A stretch of 41,243 nucleotides of DNA, taken from Welwitschia mirabilis. Taxonomy: Eukaryota. The notes below the pieces were generated by a model that saw only the letters and a program-made list of their open reading frames with translations, ran no database searches and was not told the origin of the DNA. The translations under genes and the position numbers were made by a program. The DNA lies in contig JBOZIK010000001.1 in assembly GCA_051453625.1 (NCBI GenBank), positions 43,590,126 through 43,631,368 on the forward strand, written 5' to 3'. Shown piece after piece: positions 1 to 9,960 of this stretch; the first letter of the stretch is position 1, and each line of letters starts with the position of its first letter.

Positions 1-658
1 CGAGGGGAAGACCTTTATTTATAGATAGAAAGGGGAAAGGAACTAATAGAAAAGTATAAGAGAAACTCTAGTTAACATGCAAGGGAAAGTTGCAAAGAAC
101 AAGCGACAACTCGGGAATACAATCTGTAAAAGTATAAGAGGAAAGTGTCGTCCTTCTGGTCGTCCAAAAGATAAAGGAGATGATAGGGATTCACAATGAG
201 TTATTTGTTTAGCTTCTAGTTTAACTATCTATGATCTACATGTGAAGTCCTATCAACTGGTTCTGAAGATGTTGTCCACTGTTATCATCTAGACGATGAT
301 GTAGACGATGGAGTCTGATGAAAAGATCTTCACTTCAACCATAAGTCATCTAAAAATAAGTCTGTCATATGTCCAATTAGGGTTATCGTTCTGACTATCG
401 TCTGGACGACATCAGGGACGATAGTCTTCTACTCATCCTTTGTTAGTGTGATATCTGGTTGTTTGCAGAAATAATCATTTGAAAATACAATTTATCCATA
501 TCTATAGAAAATATTCTTGAATTATCTGATAAACTACATGTTTTCATCTTGTGCTTATGGATTCTTAATTGTCATAGGAATTAGGCATTTATCTATTAGT
601 TTATCTGCAAAAAAACTCAAAATACCCTATCAAATACACTTAAGTTGGTGTCGCAACA
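1..658 (-). mobile_element. 5' part of an LTR of a younger Gypsy-like element (continues off the left edge)
   Basis: The reverse complement starts TGTTGCGACACCAACTTAAGTGTATTTGATAGGGTATTT at 658, and the same terminus recurs at 15283 (+) and 15548 (-). Many CpGs are retained. It interrupts an integrase-tail sequence that resumes at 659. Confidence 0.75.
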
Positions 659-3600
659 CTTATTAAAAAAATACATGCTAATGGATCCCTTGAGATTTTT
701 TACTTAACTACTAAATAAATTCAGAAATTTAATAAACAAAGGTTGAAAATATATGAGTAATAATTTGATATAAATAAGATAGAAGCACTTCTCTTCAAGG
801 ATTTCCTTGATGAGGAGAATTTTTTCTCTACCATTGGTTGAATTTTCTTTTAGCTTATTCCTATGGAGGCCGTTATGATATCACTTGATCATCTTTTAAA
901 CATGACTTATGTATTTATTTTATTTCCATGACTAGTCTTTATACTTAGGCATTTTATAGTGGTAATATTAGATTCACCTAATCCTAGACCATTCACATAT
1001 CAATGAGCTTCATTTCGAAGAAAGAAACTTTATTTATTCTATTTTTCTTAACAACAAAATATCTTAGATTATTTAGAGGTATTTTTTTCTATCTTTTATC
1101 TTATTGCTTCATCTTCATCTTTTGAAGTGTTTGATCATGTGTAGTTTATATTTTTTTAGGAAAAAGAAAAAAGAAAAAGAAAGAAATAGGAGAAGAAATA
1201 AATAAGATCATAATGTTTTATATTTAAGAGAGCTTTAAAAACACAGTCATCATGATTTCCTACTACAAGTACATCAGGGCAAATTTTTCCTAGAGGAGTC
1301 TTTGGTAATGTAATATGGTAGCTATGGAAACTTTACTAGGAGGTTAGTTATCCATGCTTTGTAAATATTCACTTCTTTAATTGTAGTTGCACTCATCTCA
1401 TCATAGATAGTAAAATAATAAAAGCTTTGAGGCTACAAAATTAGTGGTATTCTTAGTGTCATCAAAGGTATTACTTATTTACTAGACTTTTAGTCTTTCC
1501 ACATGATTATTTTGTTTCTGAGGATTCATGTGTTTATTTTGAGATGTAAGTAAGTGAGTTTATTTTTAAGCAACTCTTCAATATTATCACTCATTATTTA
1601 AAGCATTTAATTTTTATCATCATCATAACCATTTCCCTATTTAATGGAACTTTATAGATTTATACATTGATTCATGCATTTTAAATTAAGTGATGTTATA
1701 ATTTCTTCTATAGAAGTATGCTAGGTTAAAATTTAAAGTAACTAGGTTACTTTATTTATGTTTCTTATGGTCATTATTTATACTTTCTTTTATTATTTAT
1801 CTAGTTATTTCAAATTCATTTCCATATTTTCTTATCATTTTAGGACCTTAACATTTAATAGTTTCCTTGTCTAATTTTTAATATGGAGTTTATTTCCTGA
1901 TTAGATGAGTTTTTTTTTTTTTTTTTTTTTCACATTTTGTTATATTAATTTTCAGTATTTTGACATTCTAAACATTGTTAATAATCATTTTATTAAGGCA
2001 AATTTGTTGGACACTTATGGATCTGCTTCATCACAACTAACACATTTTTATATTTGTCCGAATCCTCTCTAAATTTATATTTTTCAAATCTGACATTTTT
2101 CACTAAGCTCTATACTTAATTTATCAAGTAAAAAAATTCAAAAAAAAACCATCATCCACCTTATCATTTATACATACTAATTTTTATTTGATTTCTTTAT
2201 TTCATTAGCTAATATGGAACATATTGTTTTCTTAAGAAAGGATAGGACTCATTTTTAGGATTCATTTTCATAATTTTTACACTAGAGCTTTAATAAAATA
2301 TAATTTTTGCAATACACTCTATACACATAATGCATTACATTTTATTTTGCTATGTGATATGTTTGAGATTATTATGAGTCTATTTTGCAATTTCCAAATT
2401 GATTTTTCTAAGATAATTTGTCTTGCAATTGTAGTTGTTCTACTGGTTTTGTCAAGAACTGATAAGGCTAACTGGAGGACTATTATGCATCACCAAATCC
2501 TACATATTTTATGGGATGTTATAATCTATTTTTCAAGACATTTATTAAAATTTATATGTAATTTTGAGAATTATGAAGAGTTAAGAAATAATCACAAAAA
2601 CATTCAATTATTGGTAGGTTTAAATGTATTTTAGGCATATTTTGATGCTCAATTCTTTTTAAGAAGATCAATAATGCTAGAGGTTAACTTTTATTGAGTT
2701 AAAAATATAAGGATGACTATCATCCCCACTATCATCCCCACGACAGGCAGGATAAAAGTCCTACATAAGCTATACGGGAATGCTAATCTAAACTAGAGTT
2801 AGAATAAATGAAGTTATCTTTTCTAAAGAGGTGTTATCTCCATGGTAATTTCCACGACATTGAAGATAATAACTTATGGGTCATGTACCAGTTTCTTTTA
2901 TGTCATCCCCATGATAGTCAAGACAACAACTAGAATAGCTAACTAAATTTTATCTATTTTATCCATTTCTTTCTCTAATTTGAGCATGTTTTTAAATGTA
3001 TTTTGAGTGACAGTTATACATTCTTTACTATATAAATAAAATACACTCCTTTGATTCTCTTATCATCTTTGATGTACTAAAAATTTTCATAATAGAAGAT
3101 CGAAGGGTGGGAGATCCATCTTATGTAGTTACATAAAGTTGTTTCCTTGATGTTAAACTGAGCATCCTTTATTAAGATGTAGCTATTTTGTAACTTAGAT
3201 AGTAGTTTGATTTATAATACAAACTTTATTTTTTAATTCATTAATATTTTAATATTTTTTATAGTTTATGTTATTCTTGATTTAGTGATAGTCTCATTAA
3301 TGATATAGATTTTAAGGGTAATATTTATTAAGGTTGATGATAGTAGTTTAGAAGGATATTATATTACACTTTATTTAACTTATTTAATAGCCTAAGTTAG
3401 TTTTAGTTAGTGATAGTCTTTTTAGATGATTTAGATTATACAGGGCCAACATTCTTGACAAGTCCATTTAGTAATCAGACAGGTATTTATCTAAGTTAAG
3501 TACATTTACATTCCATTAGATGTTTACTTTTTTACGTTGTTCTTAAGTTTAAAATACAATATTTTATTTGAAAATAAATTCTCTTTCTTCTTTTTCATAC

Positions 3601-3726
3601 CTTCAATGGGTTTATGACATTTGGATCACTTCCATTTATACTAATTCTTGTATTTTGTAATATATATACTAGTGATTAACAGGATTTAATAAAGGATGAA
3701 AAGTTATAAAATTATGCACCAAAACA
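659..3726 (+). mobile_element. 3' part of an Athila-like Gypsy element: integrase C-terminal tail, 3' non-coding region, PPT and 3' LTR
   Basis: 659-760 reads LIKKIHANGSLEI..IQKFNKQRLKIYE (integrase end after the GPY/F motif). The internal region is homologous to 10160-11500 (+), 15803-17600 (-) and 28292-29520 (-). A PPT-like GATAAGGCTAACTGGAGGACTA precedes the LTR. Confidence 0.75.
2483..3726 (+). repeat. 3' LTR (family A)
   Basis: It starts after the PPT (ttatgcatcaccaaat, decayed TGATGC...) and ends aaattatgcaccaaaaca. It is colinear with the LTRs at 29990-31229 (+) and 14325-15802 (-). Confidence 0.8.
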
Positions 3727-4494
3727 ACCCAATTGAATCCTAAATTTTTAGTTAATATATAATGCTAGCAATGTTGCTTTAGGTGGAGTTTTAGGACAAA
3801 AACATAATAAGGGATACAAAGTTATTACTTATATTAGTAAAACCCGTTTAGAATATCAATTAAACTATACCACCATTAAAAAGAAAATGCTTGCAATGAT
3901 CTTTTACCTTAACAAACTAAGATATTACTTCCTTAATTTTGATATCAATGTCTACACTAATCATGCAGCCATTCACTATCTTATTACTAAAAAAAAAAAA
4001 AATAGAGTTCTAGATGTATTTAATGAATACTTCTCATGTAAGAATTTAGCTTAACCATTATAGATAAAGAAGATAAACATAATTATGTTGTTGATTATAT
4101 TTTAAGAATTACTTAAGAAAGGAAGCCTTTTCATTTCTATTTTAATCCTCCTATTGAGGATTCCTTTCCTAATGAATATTATTTTACATACATGATTTAT
4201 ATGCTATATCCTTTCAACATCTCACTCCTTGATATGTTGATATTATAAACTATTTTATCACTTTTAAAAACACTCAACATTGGATTCTAATCAATTAAAA
4301 TCTTTTTTTTTCCATAGAAAAGGGAATTATAAATGAAATAAGCCACACCTCTATTAAATATATAGAGATAAAATCATTCATAAGTATGTGCCTAAGTGGA
4401 AACAACTTGACATTATTTTCCTTTGCCATGGTGGTATATGTGAAGGTTACTTTAGTGGCCAAAATACAACCAATAAAATCCTTCATGCTAGCTT
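3727..4494 (+). pseudogene. pol: Gypsy/Athila pol fragment 1: RNase H and integrase zinc-finger region, degenerate
   Basis: Manual translation with stops and frameshifts gives NASNVALGGVLGQ (cf. CDASDYAVGAVLGQ), QLNYTTIKKKMLA, VYTNHAAIHYLITK, PIEDSFPNE, P*YVDIINY and CHGGICEGYFSGQNTTNKILHASF. Confidence 0.9.
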
Positions 4495-5698
4495 TGTTAC
4501 AATGTGAATTTACGTAATATTTACTTCCTTAAGCAAAAATCTATAAATCATAATACTTGCATAAAACACACACTAGCATAGATAAGAGTTAACCTGCATG
4601 TTGTAATCTATTGAAGGCACTAAGTTAGAAGTTAGGGAATTGATTCATAAAGTTTTAAATTTTTTTATTTTAATAAATAAAAGCAAATATAAATGTAAAT
4701 GAAATGCAAGATGAGTGATGATAAAAATGCAATTGATGGAATGCAAGTGAGATGACTTCTAATTGGACTCTAGTGCTTTTATCATAATAACTATTTCTTT
4801 ATAACATAGATCAACTAGGAAGAGTTCTATTACTTTTTATAGCTAACATAAACTATAAGAATTGCCAAATAGAATATGAATAATGCAATACTAAATTAAA
4901 ATAAAATAGTAATACAAACCTAAAATAATAAAGTTAACTTTAAGAAAGGTTACCTTTATGATTTAAATAAACTATAGAATTGTTACTAAACTATAATCAA
5001 CTTAAAATATAAGGTATATTAACACAATTGTAGTAAAAAAAATAATTGAATTAATCATGAACTTTTACATATACTTACAACAAAGTATAAGAACTTCAAT
5101 GGAGGATATTCAGCTCAATTTCAAGGTAAACATCTCTCTATAGCTATTGGATGAACCTCTTATCCTTCAATCTTCCATCATAAGAACATTGGGTACAAAA
5201 GATAAAAAAGAAAGTAAAGGAAAAGGAGTGTATTTATAGTTTTACAATGAAGTTCTAGAAGCTCAACCCTAAAAGTCAGAGAAAACCCTTACAAAGATAA
5301 TTTTTTTTATCCATAGAAAATAGTTGTCATTCTAACTATCATGGGAAAAAAAATGGGGATCTCATTCCATGTTAAATGATGGTTTACCAGCTTTAGGCCC
5401 TACAGTCAACTTCATAGACTCCATCCCTATGTTTATCATGGAGACGGGAGAGGAGACGATAGGCTTTTTCATCTTCTATCTTAAAGAGAAATCAATCTTC
5501 TATATGGTAAATCCTTATTTTAAAGTATGAAGTATCAAAACAAGCCTAAGATACTTCTAAATATACTAGGAATCACATGTTTTAGTGATTATCCTATTAG
5601 TTCTCTATAATCATTAGAATTGCATCCAAACCTATATAAATGTCCTATGAAAGTACTCAAAATACACTATAATATTTCTATAGATTTATATCATAATA
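4495..5698 (-). mobile_element. Solo LTR (1204 bp) inserted in integrase, 5-bp TSD AGCTT
   Basis: AGCTT is present at 4490-4494 and 5699-5703. Removing the insert restores HASFY*P (cf. HAGFYWP). The sequence is the reverse-complement homologue of the LTRs at 6272 and 12686. Confidence 0.88.
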
Positions 5699-6271
5699 AG
5701 CTTTTATTAACCCAGATTTTTTAAAGATTCTTTTAATCATGTGTGAAGATGTGATGCATCTTAATGTTTTAGAAGCATAATTAAATATCATGATATGCCA
5801 TTACAACCTATCCTTGAATGTGAAATTTTTAATTATTGGGGTTATACTTTATAATCACTCTTAAACCATCTTCTTACAATAAAAATTACATCTTGATAGT
5901 CATAGACTATGTCACAAAATGGGTTGAAGCAATTCTTACTCAAATCAATGATTTTAAATCTATGTGTTTCTTTCTAAAATCTAATATATTCCATAGGTTT
6001 GCTTTTTTAAAATCTTAATTAGTGGCCAAGGTATTACTTTATTAATAAAGTTCTTAGGAAACTTATCCTTTATATAGGAATTANNNNNNNNNNAAATGGT
6101 TGACCTAAGAATGCAAGTAAAGATATTAAGAGGATATTTTAAAAACTTATTTCCAAAAATAAAAAATCTTGATCTCTTAAACTTAATGATGTGTTATGCA
6201 TTTATCATACTACTTTGTGTAATTTACTTGAATTTTCACCTTATGAACTTATATATGATAAAATTTGTATT
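5699..6271 (+). pseudogene. pol: Gypsy/Athila pol fragment 2: integrase core, degenerate
   Basis: MPLQPILECEIFNYWG, YILIVIDYVTKWVEAI (ORF 5836-6018), NIFHRF, LISGQG, *SLKLNDVL and SPYELIYDKIC (cf. SPYRLVYGKACHLP). Confidence 0.9.
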
Positions 6272-7602
6272 TATTATGATGCCAATTTATGGGAATTTGA
6301 TAGTATATTTGGAGTACTTTTGTAGGATATTTATATAGGTTTGGATGCAATTCTGATGATTATAAAGAATCAATGAGATGATCATAGAACATGTAATTCT
6401 TGATATAATTAAAGGAATTTCAGGCATGTTCTAGTACTTAATATGTTGGAGGAAGATTAATAATGAAGAATACTGATTTAATTAACCTAAAGAGATTTGG
6501 AAGGGTGTCATCCTTGCTATCATTTTGATGACATATGGGATGACGACACTATATTAGCATATTGTGATAGAAAGGTGGATTGGAGCTTGAAGCCAATAAA
6601 GCCCTTTTCTGAGCATGTTTTATTCCCATTATCATCCCCATAACATGAGCGATGACAACACATTTACAGCCAACTATGGGACTAATTGTGGAGCTAGAAG
6701 CTAATGATTTATCTNNNNNNNNNNNNNNNNNNNNNNNNNNNNNNNNNNNNNNNNNNNNNNNNNNNNNNNNNNNNNNNNNNNNNNNNNNNNNNNNNNNNNN
6801 NNNNNNNNNNNNNNNNNNNNNNNNNNNNNNNNNNNNNNNNATTTTAGCACTTTTAATGTAAAATTATAAATACCTCCCTTATCCTCACTTCTAATTCATA
6901 TTTTATATTGGATATGCTTGTGATGAAAGATTGAAGGATAAGAGGTCCATCTAGTAGCCATAGAGAGGAGTTCTCTTAGTGTTAGGTTGAGTCTCTTCCA
7001 TTGAGGTGTTGCTACTTTGTTTTAAGTGGATGTAAAGTTCTATGAATCAATACAATTACTCCTGCTACTATAATTATGTGTATGTTCCTTCTGGTTGAAG
7101 TTGGTTATAGCTTAAGTAATATTTTTGTAATTTATTTAGATCATAAAGGTAACCTTTATCAAGGTTGATTTTGTTAGTTTAGATTTGCATTGTTATTTAA
7201 TTTCTATTTCACATTTTATTCTATAATCTATTTAGTATATCTCATAGTTCATATTGATTAGAAATAAGTAAATTACTCTTATTAATTGATTTGAATTATA
7301 GAGAAGCTAGTTCTTGTGATAGGAGAATTAGGATTCAATAGATTCCATTTCACTTCCATTTGCATTTCATCTTCATTTACTTTGCATTACATTTACTTTT
7401 TTATTTACTTTTAGCTATTAAAATACAAAAATACTAAAAATACCTTTAAAAATTGATAATCTAACTCTAAGCTTAGTACCTTAGTTAGGATTACAACATT
7501 TAGGTAAACTTCCATCTATTGTAGTATGTGTTTTTCTGTAAGCAATTTGATTTATAAGTTTACCTAAAGGACTTTAAGATTGCATAAATTTACATCATAA
7601 TA
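6272..7602 (+). repeat. 5' LTR (family B; contains an N gap)
   Basis: It starts tattatgatgcc (decayed TGTTGTGATGC) and ends aaatttacatcataata. It is colinear with 12686-14032. Confidence 0.88.
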
Positions 7603-7622
7603 TTTTAATATTGTTATCAAGG
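7603..7622 (+). other. Decayed primer-binding site, tRNA-Asp type (Athila)
   Basis: TTTTAATATTGTTATCAAGG lies directly after the LTR and differs from TTTTGGCGCCGTTGCCGGGG only by C>T and G>A transitions. Confidence 0.65.
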
Positions 7623-8589
7623 CCATAAGGAGCTAAAGAATTGTCACTATCTAGATAAGTATCTCAAATTTTTCTAATCAAGTTATTTATTTGAAATAAT
7701 GCTATATGTTTATCATATCTTAGAGTAGATTCATTTTAGAAATTTTCATTTTCTATAATTTTTAGGACCCCTATCATCCTATCTATTGTTCCAATGACAT
7801 TAGAAATGACAATTCTAAATTTTTCATAATTATTTTCTATTTTTACAATTTTTTCTCTACTCATAGTTTAGTAATAAAGGTACTATCTTTTTATTTTGGT
7901 TTCTATTTGTTGTTTGAGTTATGCAGGAATATGGTGAACTTCTAGTAGAAAGATAAAATATCAGAGGGAGTGGAACTTGATTAAAAAAAAATGAACAAAG
8001 GATTATTCAACTTCAAGCACAATCCAAGTATGCACATTCCAGGAATGTAAGTTATAAAAATTAAAGAAGACAATTTTTTTTCTTTTTGCATTTATTATTT
8101 TAGAATCAGATTTTCCTTTTTCTCTATGGTTATTTCATTAGTTATCCCCACAATAGTTTAAACAACAATAATTATACATCTTTTAAGTGTTAAATATTAA
8201 TAATTTTGATAAAATGATAAATAATTAAAGAGAAAAGGACTTGATCTTCATTGTATACCTATTTTCCTTATCATCTTAAAATAAATTCTCTTATTTCATT
8301 TTTCTCAATTGCTTCAATGAATAATGATAAAAGGACCATTGGGGAAATTCTTATTAAAAGAAGAAGAAACTTAAAAACTCTGAGAATAATAGCAAGAAAC
8401 ACTTTAAGATATCTTTATAGAAATAATGTGAAATGTAATAGATTTTTAGGTGTAAAATGAAAAAAACACTTCAAGAGTTTTTCAAATAAGGAGAACAATA
8501 CAAAATAATGTTGAGAGTAAGAATTAAGTGCTTTTTTCTTTTTAACCTTCTTATTCTTTTATCTCTTCCTTTAAAACCTCATATAAACA

Positions 8590-9960
8590 TGAAATGAAGA
8601 TTCTCCATATTTTAGAAATTCCACCTCATTTAGATATAATTCCTATAATCATTTTTGTCAATTTCAATCATCTCCCATGCATTACTATGAAAAGAAACCA
8701 TTTCTTATGAACTACTATGAGGAAGAAAATTGTCCTAGATGAGAAATGATTTATGAAATAAAGTACAATCAAGAACATAACAACAATAGATTAGAAAAGA
8801 CCAATCAAAACCTAGAAAATTTGGTTGAAATCTTGTAATAGATACTATTACAAATTGAAGGATATTTTATAACATAACATCATTAAACTTATTCTACTAC
8901 CTCATACCTTGAGGAAAATGAGGAGTACTTAGATGCAGATGTTAATAATTCTTACTTTCAAATAGAAGATGAAATTTCAAATCAAACTTCAACATCCTAC
9001 TCATTAGAAGATGAGAAAAGGGAAGATAATAATAATTCAACTTAATTTTTTAATAATTGAAATGAGGATGACCATTCATTAGATAATCATATTGAGGTAT
9101 TAGATTATATTTTTTCCATCCATTTACTACTATATAATTGAGATTAGGAATCCATTCATGAATAATCTAAAAACTTTTTAATTAGTGATAAAGATGATGA
9201 TTTTATTTTTCTTGATAATCTTTTTGATGAATCTAATAACCTAGATAATGAAAGAAATATTCAACATGAGAAGGAACATATAGTAACAAACAATAATCCA
9301 CATAAATAATGATAAAGAAAATAGTGAAGAAAATAAATACAATAAAGGACTCATAGAGATTTATTCAAATTTCATTGAGGATAGACTTTTTATTTCTACT
9401 AATACTTCAACATCTTTTCCACCTATTCCTTTATGTATAACTTCAAATAATATCTTTTCCTCCACTTCTACTTCTACTTTAATATTACCTTCTAATCTTG
9501 ATTATGATAACCTTTCTCCATCTCTTCCAATTAAACCTTCATATAATTCTCAAGGCCATGTTCCTTTCCTTGATTCTTATAAAACTCATAATTTTTAATA
9601 GACTATTTTTCCTATCTCTCAATCTCTTCCTTTTAAAATTCCATGTGATACTATAAGCAACATTTTTTCTTTTTACCAAGTTTACTTAACATTGTATTTT
9701 TAATGATTTTTTTTTAAATTTTTAACTTGGAATATTTTAGAATTTTAAATTTAAGTAAACCTTATCTTCTTGATGATAATCCATGCTTAGATTTGAATCT
9801 TAAGGATCTTTTCAATCTTATTAAATATTCTCAGATGCTCCTAGAAATTTCTTGGATACATTTTTTAAGTAGTACCTTGAATGAACTATATAATGATACT
9901 TATGATTTATAATTTTTAAAACAAAATTATTTGTTAATGAAGTTTATCAATTCTTTATCT
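8590..9960 (+). pseudogene. Decayed acidic and Ser/Thr/Pro-rich ORF of unknown function inside the non-autonomous element
   Basis: One frame reads for about 240 codons with scattered stops (EDSPYFRN...YEEENCPR...LEENEEYLDAD...DKDDDFIFLDNLFDESNNLDNE), followed by an S/T/P-rich tract and ORF 9727-9912. Homologous peptides occur in the - strand copy at ~18000-19800. Confidence 0.5.

Noticed and set aside
310..340. CTGATGA as a hammerhead ribozyme core (retrozyme); also at ~6353, ~30378 and ~34460
   Set aside because: I could not find the flanking helices and a correctly placed GAAA, and the motif is not conserved between paired LTRs.
2347..2634. Short hydrophobic ORFs such as 2347-2634, 6096-6338, 11809-12042, 16420-16635 and 18441-18725 as small membrane proteins
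   Set aside because: They are chance F/L/I-rich frames in AT-rich DNA. They cross PPT/LTR boundaries or are off-frame to recognisable retroelement sequence.
7603..7622. Fungal RIP as the cause of the C>T/G>A decay
   Set aside because: The elements are plant-type lineages (Athila-like, Sirevirus-like), and methylcytosine deamination over long times is a sufficient explanation without a computed context spectrum.
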